Shown: positions 38,669 to 52,657 of the stretch, in pieces
How the letters are laid out: each line of letters begins with the position of its first letter
Numbering within the stretch: position 1 is the first letter of the stretch
From: Ptychomitrium polyphyllum
Lineage: Eukaryota
Reading direction: 5' to 3'
Length of the DNA: 64,000 nucleotides
Assembly: GCA_973851085.1 (NCBI GenBank)
Contig: OZ316776.1
Coordinates: forward strand, 6,944,001-7,008,000
Program-made: the position numbers and the translations under genes
Notes under the pieces: model-generated
The model's input: only the letters and a program-made list of their open reading frames with translations
The model's database searches: none
What the model was told of the DNA's origin: nothing

Positions 38669-41596
38669 AGTGAAGGAAGGAAAACCTCACGAAATGAGCT
38701 GAAAAGAGAGAACTGCACTGTGGATACGAGACAGGAAATGACGGGTATACGAACGTGCAGGTGCCGTGGGATTGTGCATGCAGAAACAGAGGCAGTGAGA
38801 ACACGAGCAATCGCATGAAGACTACAGACTCGCTTCATTCACATACAACTTGGTGTTGAAAAAACAAAATCCTAGGTTTCTCCTTCACCACGACGACTCG
38901 ACCAACGCTCCTACGTTCCCACGATCTTATGTTCCCCCAGGAATTTCCCATGTTCCCAACTGTTCCCGAGTTCCCGCGCTTCAGAGTCCTCAATTTCTTT
39001 GAGTGTGACGTTCCTATTTATTAGCCAGCTTACAAACAGTTAAAAGGGTAGAGTTTGGATAAATTAATTGAAATATGCAATGTTGAAAATTTAACTAATT
39101 TTTCCTTTCTCCTAACCAATGGAAAATAGTTCTTCATATCAACTTTTACCATCCAAGATTTGATAAAGAAATAATAGTAACAATTAATAACATTTTAAGG
39201 AGTAAATTTAGAAACTTAAATTTTAAGCTTTCAAATTGAAATATCTCAATAAAAGCTTGATTTTTTCAATTCAAAGTAGCAGTTTCGAATATAATTTTAG
39301 TATTATCATTGCATTCTTTAAAGGATGTTACTTTTTGAACCGTACTGTATCTAAATATCACAATTCGAGTATGGTTGAATTCCATCAGAGTTATCAAGGA
39401 GATCTCCCTTAAAAAGCTTTTACTAGTCATTCCAAATCGATTGCACGGACCGAGTTTCCCCGCGCGAAAAACCAAAGTCGTCGTTCAACAAGGCCAGCAT
39501 CATCATCCACGTTGCATTCCTCCTCTCCTCGGGCAGCTCATACAGAAAATTCAACCTCTGACCGCAGGTGTGGACGCGCTGAAGAAGACGAGGAAGAGTG
39601 AAAATTCAAGAAAACCTTTACGGTGCACGAACCTTCGGAGGTTCGACAAGACTCAGTCACGGCGAGCCACGTGTTAGAATCTAATAGACTCCTTCTCAGT
39701 GAATCCAGCTCAGTTCAATACAAATGATGTGATACAAAAATTATTTTAATCGATGACTTGCCCCAACCACTGCCCAGGCGCGTCTTGGACACATCCAAGG
39801 TGCACTAAATTCTAGGATTCCGTTTTTCAAAGTCTTTTGAAAAAAAACCATCTTGAACCGTTCCCAGTCAGCCGAGCCTCCAGAACCTCTCCTATCCAGC
39901 CATGTGGATAGGCCGTGAGATCAATTCCCCAAAAACCGTCACAAAAGCTCAATTATCTAATGCTGGTATACATTTTGACTCAAACCAGGAACTGTCACTG
40001 CATTTTAAAAACCTGCCAATTATCAATTGAATTCATACATTTCTCGTGCATTCCCATAATAGGTATTGTCCCAAAAACTAATTTTGTCTACCACTGCGCG
40101 ACAATTCTACGCAATGAGATCTAGCCAGTGTGTAGATATTCTTCAGCCTGCAACAGTAACACTTTGGCAGAAGAAGAAATACTTAAATTCCAGCAACTTT
40201 AATTTACATACTGAAAAATTGTAGGACTCTGGTGGACATTATCAGTTGTGGGTGGAGTGACGGTTTTAGGATGTTAGTGTGAAATATGTGATAACTGCAG
40301 TTAAGCGGTCGGTTTTCGGATACAGTGACGGTTTTAAAGTATGAAACCCTGCGAGTGTGTGTCCGAATTTTTATTTGTTTATTTGGTCCAAATTTGATTT
40401 CCTGGTTATTCTGTTCAGACTGCAGTGTCTGAGAGAGAGTGGCAGAGGTTCACAAGGTTGGCTGTGGCTGCACACTAGTCGTCATTTGCTTGTTTCCTGT
40501 CCGCCCGACCTCGCTCCCGCTCCGTTGCCTACCACCGTCCGCCGACTGCCTCATCGATCCTGTGTTCTTGTTAAAGTTCCGCTATCGTTTCCGGTGCTGA
40601 GGTTACCTGCGAGTTTTGGCGCTTACTCGAGTCCTTGCTGCGCTTCGTTGCGCTACAAACAGGTTAGTTTGCTTTGCGGTTTCTTCTCTGGTGCGTCGTG
40701 TGCGATAGTTTTTTGATTATTTTTCAAGAGGAGAGTTTAGTTCTTGCAGGAGGTTCGTTTGTTTGTTTGTTCGTTTGTTCGTTTGTTTGTGGAGTTGTTC
40801 TTGGTGCCGGTCTTCGTTTCGCCAGTCAGGTTAGTTTGTTTTGTGATTTCTTTATTATTCCGGAGCGTAGTTTCGAGATTGCTGTGAAAGGAAAGGTTTA
40901 GACGAGGCAGGTTGCTGGAGGAGGTGAGGTTTGTTTGTAGCGTTTTTGTTCCAAGCCGCTGTTTACTTTAGTGCGTGCTATATGTTCTAGTCTCCATGCT
41001 TGGCCGTGCTGTGTGTTTTGATGTTTTGAAGAGGTTCTTCGTTGGAAGTGGTGGATAGCTTTTGTTTGTCGCTGGTTTCTCGTTGTTTGAGTGTTGGAGG
41101 GAGTGGGTTTTTGCGTTTTAATAGTGTTTTATCGGGAGTTTCGGTTCTTTTTGTTTTGGTGAGGTACTGTTTTATTAGCGTGTTAGGTCTTTAAGCACGG
41201 CGTTTAATTTTTGGCGTTATCTTACATATTCGAAGGGTTTCTGATGGCTTAGAAACCGGCTATATGGTACCAGGAGTATGTTGTTTACATTGAGAGCTTA
41301 CGCCGCCGGTTGTATAATTTGACCGACAATTTCGCGACTACTGAGTACATGTCTGTTTATCTGCAGCGTGTACTATTCTGCGATTCAACTTCAACTTGCG
41401 TTTGTTCTCCAAGGTTTTGCGTGATAGGAACATCTTCAAGCTTGAAGTGAACAAGAGACTCAGTCGTTCTCACGAAACGTCGATTTTAGAAGGTAGCCTG
41501 GTAGAGCTTTCTTAGCATCAGTAAACGTTAACTTTGGTAGCATTGAGGGAGGCATCTGTGTTTGTGAATTGCGTGCTTTATCGACGCACATGAGCG

Positions 41597-44500
41597 ATGG
41601 AGTCACCTATGGCCGTAGACGCGGGAATCTTGAACTCCGACTTATTGTATCTTCCGCAAGATCTACCGTCTCCTTCTGGTAAACCAGCTGCAGAAAAGCT
41701 TCTTGACGACCTCTTCTCACAATGGCTTTCTCTCCCTGATGCTCAGCGTGTGGTACGTATCACTTCTAAAATTTTCTTTTTCTGGGAACAAGTTAGTCCT
41801 CTCGCTACCTACTATTCTGATTCAACTTATATGCTTCTCGAGTTCTCTTCTTGTTCTTCCTGTTGATTCTGTTTAGACATTTGCCATCTGCTCCACCCTC
41901 TCTAGTTCGTGACTTCCTGAATCTGATTTCTACCAAAAGTTTACTGGTGATTTTGAGTTACTCATTTCTGTGAATTGTGGATTTTAGAGCGACTATTAAT
42001 TATCCCAACTTATTTGACAAGTATTGATGCATAGTGGCGGAGTTTAAAAGAACACTTTATACTCTAGATTGATTTAAGAGCGCCTATAGTGGAATGAAGT
42101 CCTGTTGCTTTATGGAGTATCATTTTCCCGGCTTGCAGTCTATTACATTAAATTTTTGAAATTAGATAATGCTTTGCATAAGATTAATCACGTTGATCAG
42201 TACTTACAACCCAGTCAGCTGTTTTCAGTAACTAAGAATTATCCAATATTGATCTAAAAATCGGCAGAATACAAGGGCCCGACTATACAGGCACTCTTAG
42301 CCAATTTAAGTGTAATGTCACAATCAGCTATTTGTACCATTCGTAGTCATAAGAGAACCATGCTTAGCATGTACAGGGATCGTCGCTCATTACAGACCAT
42401 TTGGAACGAAATCTGAAAAGGAAAGTGATTACAGTTGTTTAGGGCTCTGTTTCGTTGAGTGTCACAATTGTTTCCCTTAGGTTGGGTAGCTGTTGTATGA
42501 TTGTGTGCAGCAGGAGGATGTAGCTGTCTAAAGTTTTTGGTTTAATGAGCTGTGTGCTAGTGCAACCACGGCAACTTGGACCTTAATGTCAGGCTTGTTT
42601 AGTCTTTGCTTAGACCTTTGGTGAGAGTGGTACATCTTCTGACCTATTTGCAGCTACCGTTTTCTATGTAGTGGAGTAAAGCGTGTGTAGTGTTTTAGTT
42701 GTATGATAGTCGAGATCAAATATCAATTGGTAGTCTGTTTCCCCAGGGATCAATCGTCAAGTGATAGTTTGCTTGCCTGGGGAATTCACTTGCAAAACCA
42801 TATAACGTTTGTGGATTAAAATATAGGGTGTTTTTGATTTCATAAGGATACAATTTTGTTTTTAAGAAGTAGTACATGGTGTTTTAGAAATGGCCCAAGA
42901 TGCTTTTGAGAATGTATCTATGACATACCATAAATATTATCTTAAATTGTAGAGTTTTCTCATTATGCGAGAGGCCTTTTTAATTACTTAGCTAATGCAC
43001 GTGATATTCAGAGAACGATAGGTTATCTCCCAGGTCTGTGACCATGCTGTGACCCTCTGAGATTGGAAAGCCGCTGATCAAATTCTTTGTACAATTGGGT
43101 AACGTGTAGTGACCAGAGTTTCTTATGTTTTTTCACATTGTTTGAGACGTGGTGCCTACTGGATGGGGTATTTTGAATATTGAATAGTTTCTGGCTACAG
43201 AAAATTAAAAATGGAGGTAACAACTTTGCTATAAAATTTTCAATTCTATTTTCTCCAATAGCAGAGGGCCTACTGGTACATATAAGTTCAAGTCATTGTT
43301 GGCTTTGACTGTTAGTATATTGCTGTTCTGCGTGCCACTATAGCTTGCGTTCTTTGTGTTTACCCCCACAAATTAAATATGTTGCCTTTTGTAACCAGGT
43401 CATGGCTCTGCTTCAAGAAGCTCATGGAGAAGTATCACCAGAAAATCAAAGCAATACTTCGACATCGCTAAATCCTACAACATTTAAGGAGGGCTCTACT
43501 CCACCATTGTCACCTCGCGCCTCTCAACTTTCACCAAGGTCGCAAAGGCGCTTGAGTGGACACACCACCTCTGGCTCCCCTCTAAGTAAAGCCAGTGATC
43601 CTATTCGAGAAGTGATTCCTCAGGTATCTGACAGGTTGGCCATCGATACCTGCATGCAACCTTCTTGAACAGGAAGAAGTTGATTGTATGGTTCGGGTCA
43701 TGCGTTCTGGACGTTTTTGAATCAATATTGTTTCTGCTTGTAGGGCCTATTTATATGAATGTATATGGCTTTTGAGAAAAAGGGTAGTAATGCTCCCCTG
43801 CATAGAAGGTCGTATTGGTCTAGTATTGATTTTATGTAGAGCTTGCTGGGCAAAATATACATATAACTTGTGCTGACGGGTCTATTTGGATGGTGGGTCG
43901 CTTGTTGCTTGCAGTTCTATTTTCCAAAAGGATTGCCTGCCTCAAACGATGCATATGCTGAATGTCTGAATCGCGTAAACCAGATATTTTCTGGTTATTC
44001 CGATGGTCTACCACTTTCTGGTTTGTTTTTAGCCCTGGCCTCTGTGTAGCAATATAATGTATTTTATAGTCGATTAATCAGTTTCATCGTTAGTTTTAAT
44101 GTGCTGGAAATAGGTTGCTTCAGTGTTCTTACGCATGAACTTGATATTTATTTCTGTAGCATTCATGCCCGTTACGAAGGAGATATGCAAGTTGCCATCC
44201 TTCTTCTCGAGCATATTATTTGAAAAGCTGGACGTCAACAACACGGGACTGGTTACCAAGTTAGTATTATCAAAGCCTTCATAATATAGCATTTATGTTA
44301 TCATATATGATTTCACATCTATGTTTTTACTGATAGTCACGCTGTAAGTTGTTTTTTGGAGTTATGAATGACTGGTTTGTATATGATGTTTAAAGTCTCG
44401 TGCCTGGTAATGAAGCTATTGACTGCTTGTATTTATTTTATTCCTGAGTTGATTCTTCTAAGGCCTATGAGGTACTGGGTTGTGTGCTTCTTATGACAGT

Positions 44501-47031
44501 TTTTTTGAGTGCTAAAAGGAGACAATAATAGCCTCCTCTCTTCATGCGTAGTGTAGTAGACATGTAATGAGGCATAGTAAGCGAATTTAACGACAATATA
44601 TCCTTGTGTTGCAGGGAAAGGTTAATAGATTACTGGCTTAATCAAAACATGCTGACAGCTGATGGTGCCACACGGATATTCACAGTTTTGAAGCAGCAAG
44701 AAAAAGATCATCTTACCCAGGTCGATATATTTTTAAATTCTTATTGTTTAAGTTGACTTTCATTATACTAAAACTTTCATATTATTTGTACTCCTATGAC
44801 CGCAATGTAATTCTGAGATTCAGTTGTGAATGCACAAACTCGAACTTGAAAAATGAATCTATCTTACAAATTCAGAAACTGATGATTTGATTGTGATGTG
44901 GGCAGGATGATTTAAGACCCATACTGCGTGAGCTCTTGTTGACGCATCACGGTTTAGAGTTTCTGCATGATACTCCGGAGTTTCAAGATAGATATGGTAC
45001 GGGGCATTATGTCAACGAACCAGCAATTTCTACGTGTATTTTAGGTTTTACATGGGTTTTGTTCAGTATTTGACAATCCTTATGTTTTTAGTCAGAAAAA
45101 GTTTTAGCTTTGCCTCTGTTGCTTTCTGATTGAGGCAGATGAAGTTTTGCTTGTCAATGAATTGAATTTGTGATATTTTTCTCACCTTTGCAGTGGGATG
45201 TTCGTTTGGTGATCTCTGCAGCAGAAACAGTGATATTTAGAATCTTCTACCATTGTAATAAGGCTGGTAACGGACGGTTGCAGCTTAGAGAAATCAAGAG
45301 GAGCAATTTGGTTACTGCCTTGCAGCAAGTCGATGTGGAGGAGGACATTAACAAAGTTTTGAAGTAAGTACTAACCTGATATGTATAGGGAGTTGACATG
45401 GGTGATTGAAGATCTTTACTCAGGGAAAGCAGTGAAAAGTTTATGGCTGCTTTTGCAGTTCATGAACTACAGGCATATGTGTCTTTCCTGTTGTGTACGG
45501 TGATTTGCCGGAGTGTAAGTGCAGGTATAGATGTTGCATTGATTTAAACTCACCTGCCACTTTTGGGCACTTCATTTAAAATCATGATCATGCTTATGTC
45601 TTAACGCTGATCTAGTTTAGCATGGTAGCAAAGTTTACAATATATGACATTCTTTGAATGCATATGGTGGAGCGCAGGTATTTTTCATACGAACACTTTT
45701 ATGTTGTTTACTGCAAGTTCTGGGAGTTGGACTCCGATCATGATTTTCTAATTGATAAGGACGACTTATTGCGATATGGCAACCATGCACTTACATATCG
45801 AATTGTAGAGCGTATTTTCTCTCAGGTAGGGCCAAACATGTCTCTGCCCTGCCCTGTGACATTTAAAAACATGATTACACAATATAGCCCCTTTTCAATT
45901 TTTAGTTGTTGCATATTTGGACATTTTCTCGTTGACATGTAAAGAATATTTTGGTTTCTCACTAAAATGTTAAGATCTATTTGCTAACAAAATTTGCTTG
46001 TAATTGATAGGTGCCAAGAAAATTTAAAAGTGGAGCTGAAGGAAAGATGGGATATGAGGATTTTGTATGGTTCATATTGTCGGAAGAAGACAAGACCTCG
46101 GAAACCAGCCTTGAGTACTGGTGAGTTTATCCTGCAATTGTTTCCCCTACAGCCTGCTTGCTTGCATTTTAAAGAGAAGTTGAGCGGGATGGTTGCTCTT
46201 CTTAATCTATTGTGTTCTGACATGACATGAATTTGGGATCAGGTTCAAGTGTGTGGACCTGGACTGCAATGGTGTGATTACTTCAAATGAAATGCGTTAT
46301 TTTTATGAAGAGCAGCTGCATCGGATGGAGTGTATGGCGCAGGAACCCGTTTTGTTTGAGGATATTGTTTGCCAAATGTGTGACATGATTCATCCTAAGG
46401 TAAGCTCTCTGACTTGCGTGCAATATTGCCTTAATTTTTCTGTATAGTTCGAGTTTGTTGCAGAGAGATAACTTAGCAATGGATCTATGAAGACTGTATG
46501 TTGGAGCATTTTACTCTCCTGTAAATCTTTGTATATTTGCCGTTCGAACTTATGTTACTACTCGTGCCCTCTTTGGTTTCTAGGTGGAAGGTCACCTTAC
46601 ACTTCGGGATCTAAAGTACTGTAAACTTTCTGGAAACTTTTTCAACATACTTTTCAACCTCAACAAATTTGTGGCATTTGAGACTCGAGATCCGTTTCTG
46701 ATTAGACAGGTAAAATTATATAGATGATACTGATTTCATCAAATTGGAACTATTACGATAAAATATAGCACGTAGGCCAGCATGCTCTACCTACTCACTT
46801 TGACTTAGTTATCATATCCAGGCACATTTCATCTTCTTTGCTTACTTGTCAATGCTCGTGCTGATATTTTATTTTATTTCAATTCTTCTGCAGGAGAGAG
46901 AAGATCCTACACTCACCGAGTGGGATCGATTTGCGCATACCGAGTACATCCGTCTGTCAATGGAGGAGGATGGTGAGGATGCTTTCATGGATGGCTGTGC
47001 TGAAGTCTTGGACGATGCTTTTGAGTTCTAG
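41597..47031 (+). CDS. Protein phosphatase 2A regulatory subunit B'' (PR72/EF-hand family), 12 coding exons
   Basis: Exons 41597-41752, 43399-43623, 43915-44020, 44160-44259, 44615-44720, 44906-44996, 45222-45363, 45678-45825, 46011-46120, 46243-46399, 46584-46709, 46894-47031. Motifs [66 protein letters not shown] and LTEWDRFA. Probable 5' UTR exons from ~40440. Confidence 0.95.
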
Positions 47032-50000
47032 CCTGCCGAAGTATTTTCTTTTTTCGTTTTTATCCTGGGGGCAGAGTTTGGAACAGTCTATAATGTCATC
47101 GTGCTTGTCATTGTGCAAGCCAGGTGTCTACTGATCTCGATATTGGGCACTGAGCACCAATACTCATACGCCACTGCACAGAAAATTCAGAATGGTTTAT
47201 CCAGTTTACTTGTCAGGACGACAGTTGAGCGTAATGTTTTCAAGCAGAAGCTCATCCTGTACAGGCTCTTCACTATATAGTATCCATGTATTGTACATGT
47301 TACAAAGCACATTTAAGTATAACCTTTTTCAAGGCGGCTTGAAATAGGATTGGATAAACTCCATGCGAGTGGTTAGATAGGTCTATCATTTAAGTAAGAA
47401 GATGGGATGAAGATGTCACACAATGTGCACTGTTGATGAATTCAAGTCTAGAACATTATGAAAGAGAATGTAGACGGTATTCATAATTTATGAACATCAC
47501 GATTCATGAACTCGCCTTTCTATTAAGCATCTATTTTGTCATATTGAGTCAATTGTGGCATCTTTTCTTTTGAAGGCGCAGCAGAGTTGTTTGCATTGTT
47601 TCTATTCGTTAATCTTAGTCGAAACTATTACGAGGATGTTGATTTCAAATAATGCCTATGCAAGCTGATAGCAATCTGCAGAGTGAAACAGCAGACTGCT
47701 CTCTATTTGGTGGTGCTCTAGTGGAACTGACGCATGACTTTTGGACATGTGGTCGATTGCAATGGCTGCTTAGGATATTATTGTCTTCGTTTCACGTAAA
47801 AGAGTATCAACTCAATTAGTATAGTCTCCATTGTTTTTTCTTTAACTGTGGTTAAAGAATCTAAGTCAGACGAGGTTTGACTTCTCTCGTTTTATTTCTG
47901 AGGGGATAGATTGATACATCTTGCCACGTTACATTTATTACGTTTGCTTCGAATGCTTGATGCTGTCTTCGACCAGAAGAAAAATGAGCCAGGTGAAGCA
48001 GTGACACTCATATGTACGTACTAGGGTTAGAAAAACAGTTTGCCTTCATTTCATCATGGCAGTTTTATGCAACATTTGCTAAAACTTATTGCAAAGTTCA
48101 TGTGTGCGAAATGACTTTTCAAGGAGTGATCAAATCGAGGTTAGAGTATTACCACTACTGATATGTCCAAGAAAGAGGAGAGGAAGTACATTAATTCTCC
48201 ACATTCATTCAACTGAGCTACAATTTAGGAAGTCCTTGTACATCACATGTTTAGACAAAAGAACACCTCAAATTGAAATCAACTTTTCAAAAGAAGGGTA
48301 ATAAAGAAAAATGCTCTTAACAATGACTGGGTTTCATAATGCTACTTACAACTTTGTTTTCTCCTATCAAAATGATTGTGCTTCTATCTAAAGATGAAAC
48401 AACACGATGAGTTTCATCAGGACTAGGGTTTGTGTCCAAAATCTGGGAATTGCCATTATCTGCATCCATGTGGAAAATCTCATATTTCTAAACCTTCTTA
48501 CTATGAACAGTGTGTGGTGGTATGTAAGCATCATCACCTCAATCAAAGGAAACCTCTAGGTTTTTCTTCCACGGTTTGAAAATGAAGGAGCCTAGATCTT
48601 CTTGTACTTCATGTAACCTGACTAGAGAACAAATAACTCTCCCTAGTCCTTTTTCGCTCTCTTAGGTAGTCATGAAGCTTTCCATTGCAAAACCTTGACA
48701 GTATAGATAAAATTTGTGAAATTAAATTCTAAACACAATCTCCAATAACGGTCTGCTGGCCTACTGTTGCAGTTTACGCTACATGTAGAGCTGCTGGTTA
48801 CCCTACAGATAACAGTACTGGTTTGACTATTGGGCCTTTGTAACTTCTATTGCAAACCAAATCTTTTATATCTTCACACACACAAAAACCGAAAAACAAA
48901 TAATAAAAATCTTACACCTGGAAACCTCTAAAATCAAGCCTCAAACTTAAAACTTCTTCTCCAAGGAAATATTGTGATTATTATGGAACTTCAATTAAAC
49001 AAAACTGCTCGCTGCAAAAGTTTGTTATGAAAACCAAAAAATAAAGAGGTGAGAACAAATCCTCAATTAATATACTTTTGTTGCAAATATGTTATGTAAA
49101 CAAAGTAACAATTGATATTTAAAAAAATATTATTCTATAGCATTAAATTCAAAAGTATGAAAAGACATGTACATTTTAAAATTAAAATAGTATCAATTTC
49201 ATTGTATAACAATATTTTTGGTTTATCATTTTATTGTATTAAAATTTATTCTTATCAAGACTTTAAATTTAATAATAATTGTAAGAGAAAATTGTATTGA
49301 TGATTATAGACACAAAACATGCTAACAGTGGCAACAAAGTCATGCTGATTGGTAGTAATAAATGTTGAACATTAATTTTGTAACAAACTCAACATTAGTT
49401 GTAACATTAAAATAAGTGAGATCATCAAAAAAATTAATTTAAATCACTTCTTCGTTGACAAGGGTTAATATGTATAAAGCATCATTATAAACTTGCTGTC
49501 AATGAATTTATTCAATAATTTTCATTCTCGTACATTTTATCAAATTTACTTTTTCTTTGAAGAATGTTCAATAATAAGGCTCAAAATTGCTTAAAAAGGC
49601 TTGTAAAGATTGAAGGTTGTAAAATTGAAGAAGATAATAAAATTTGAAGGTAATATGACAGATTGAGACAATAGAGACTAAGGATGAGATATAAATGTGG
49701 AGCAACAAAGATTAGGGATTTAAACAAGGATAGGAATTCAAAAAGAAGTAGAGATTTAAACAAAGCAAAAAGGTTCAATCTCAAAATGGAATTAAAATGT
49801 TCAAAGTGACAAAATATGGTTAGAAAATACTGATTTTTTTGTGCTTTAATGAATATCAAAGTTTCAAAGTGGTTGTTTAACTTGTTTTTTATATAATGGA
49901 TTAGGTGCTAGTACTTTAGAAGTTGAAATATTGTATTGAATTCCATTGTATGTAATGACATGACAATATAAGGTTGACAATGACAAGAAGATTGTAGATG

Positions 50001-50381
50001 ACATGGAATGATTGCCCACTTTTTTTGACTTCTTTCATCTTTCAATCTTAATGCTTATTCTAAACTTTATAACTATTTTGGTGTAACTAACTAAGATTTT
50101 GAAAAAATGAATTTGCAAAGGAATGTTTTTAAATTTCATAGTATGTAATTGAGTTGGAAAAAAAAAATTTAATTCAATTTAATTAAGTGATACAATAAAT
50201 GTTAGCAACAATTAAAGAAACAATTGGAAGAAGGTTCCTCATACCAAGTGTTTTATTCCTATAATGCCTTCAATACATAGTTTTTGTTTGTTTTGCAAAT
50301 GTTTATTATTACAATTTTACAATTTTCATGCAATTAAACAATTGGTAATATTCTTTATCAAAGAAGGCTTTTGATGCTTAT

Positions 50382-50688
50382 TGTTCTAAACAATGATCAT
50401 CCAATATAGTCTTTAAAAATCTTCTAGAACCTTAATACATTGTAGTAGCTTTTTAGAATCCTTTCAGTGCTTCTATAACTATTCTACATTCTTAAAAAAT
50501 TTGTTAATAAGATTGCACTTCCGTAGAAAATTTCTTAAGAAAATTCCACCTTCATAGAAAACTTCTTATGAAGGTTTTATAGACTTCTAAAACATTCTTA
50601 AACTTCATAAAAGGCTTCTTTGGAAGTATCATGGGAAACACAAGCGCCATAATATGAAAAAGAGGCAAGACAAGGTATACCTTGTTCT
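50382..50688 (+). mobile_element. Old degenerate LTR fragment (same type as 16560/23286), interrupted by the next element
   Basis: Similar to the old LTR: TAGTCTTTAAAAATCTTCTAGAACC..GTAGTAGC..GCTTCTATA..GAGGCAAGACAAGGTATACC. Confidence 0.7.
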
Positions 50689-52657
50689 TGTCACGGACAT
50701 TGATTGTAATAGATATATTTATTAGAAGCATCTAGAAAGGTTTTTAGAAGGTTTAGGAAGCTTCTAAGGAAATTATTTAAACGTAGGAAGCTTCCAAAGA
50801 AGCAATTCAAAGTTGCTTGAGTACAAAACAATGTAGTAGAAGCTTTTTAAGAAGCTTCTAAGGCTTGTAGTCTTAATATATATAGGAGTTGAGGCCGAAG
50901 GAATTTTCATTCTCAACAACACATCTCTTGTGGTCTAACTCAGACCTTCTAGCCTTGTCTTTATACCTTTTTATAGCTCTTTACTTCTTGGACATATCTT
51001 ATTCCATATTCTAAAATCCTAAAACCTTGTCTTGTTGTTACTTTGTCCGTAATAGTTTATTCAGATTGTCATACAACAATATCAGAGCTTGGTCTTTTTT
51101 AATAGAGAGTGGAACACTTATCTTCTTTAAAGTATTATAGCGCTCTAAAAGTTGAGGATTATCCTCCTCTAGGCTGATATTACCTTTTAAATCTTTCTCA
51201 ATTTTTTGTTTATTTAGCAATTTCTATTTTTTTTTCATGCTAGGAGGTGAAGAGGTCAATATAACTAATTCAAAAGAAGCCAAATTAGACTCAATTATCA
51301 ATGCCTTTGAATAAAGTCTTGGTCTTGATCTTCAATGCTTCAAGCAAAATGATGAACTTTATTTGACTGTACATAATGATCAATGAGTAGAAGCTTCCTA
51401 ATTGTTACCACAAGTCACCTTAAGCGTTCCATCATATAGATTTGTTTTAGTAGGAGAGGCACAAATTTAAGCCGGTAATTCAATGTCAACAACTAAATAA
51501 CCAATAATTAACCTCCCAAAGAAATTTAACTATATGTGTTAAAAATTTAAAATCTTTGTAAATCAAGTTCATCTTGTTACTTTGCTATATCCTTAAAAAT
51601 ATTCTAGGAACACTTCAAGTGTTGGTTTGGTGGGAATATTGCTCTTAAGACAAGCATTGTTTTAGTTTGCACCACTTTTTGAGAAGAATTATCTTAGATT
51701 TAGCAACTTTGATGCGTTTCTAGCCACGTTTGCAAAAGCATTTGGAGATCATAACAAGCTCTATTCTGCAACCACTAAAATTTAAGCCTTGCACCAAGAG
51801 CTACGTTTAATGTCAATTTATGCATAAAAAATTCAACAACTTATATGCAACATCAATTGGGAAGTAGAAGCATTAATGAATCAATTTCTTTAGGGCATAT
51901 GTGATGAGGTTAAGAATATGTTGCTATCCATGCCAAATCCCAAAATACTTGATGAGGTTACCAATCAAGCTTTGAAGTGTGATAATTGTCTATTTCAATG
52001 TTGGTAAGGTAAACAAGCTTTGATTACGACGCAACCATATACCAACTTCTTAGTAGCCTCGGCCATGTCTACCTCTATTAAGTATGTTGGAAAAAAAACC
52101 ATGCATATTGATGTGGTTTGTTTCAAGCTTTTTTGAACATGAAAAGAAACGACAAAGAAAGCGAGGGTTGTGTATGTATTATAAAAGATTTGGTTACAAG
52201 GTTGATAACCGCCCAGAGAAATCTATATGTACATATCAAATGAAGAATACAACCATGACGCCAAATGCTTTGCTGAAAAATGAAGACATGTAGCCACAAT
52301 AGGGAGTGTGCGGTTGGATCTACTTTTTTTGCAAGAAAAAAGGTCCTATCTTCTTAGCCCATCTTTCTTCTTATTTTACTATACCTGTTTGTTTAAGTGT
52401 TTAGAAGATCAAAAGCCTTGCTCTACTAGATTCAAGAGCCTCTGCTTGCTTCATTAACAAAGGGTTTTTGAAAATCCATAAGTTTCTTTTTATTAAGAAG
52501 CTGCAGTCGGTCCATGTAGAAGTCATAGATGACCAATCTTTATCCTCCAAGGATGTTATTCATAAGACCAATCCATTAAAAACAATTATAAAGAACCATA
52601 TTAACTAAATAGTATTTAATGTCATTAAGTCTCTTTTAAATTCCATCATCCTAGGGC
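50689..52657 (+). mobile_element. Second, older gypsy family: 5' LTR (50689-51054) plus decayed gag and protease, interrupted at 52657
   Basis: The LTR starts TGTCACGGACA and ends TGTCCGTAATA (decayed inverted repeat). Gag-like translation (INLPKKF.., AFGDHNK, KCDNCLFQ) and protease ALLDSRASACFI..VEVID. Confidence 0.8.

Noticed and set aside
38515..40901. Several 60-119 aa ORFs between RPN12 and PP2A B''
   Set aside because: Off-frame or antisense shadows of RPN12 exon 1, promoter DNA and the PP2A 5' UTR, with no domain signal.
51077..51090. ATATCAGAGC resembling a tRNA-iMet PBS (TGGTATCAGAGC)
   Set aside because: It lies ~22 bp from the inferred LTR end (51054) and lacks TGG. The self-complementary PBS fits the position better.
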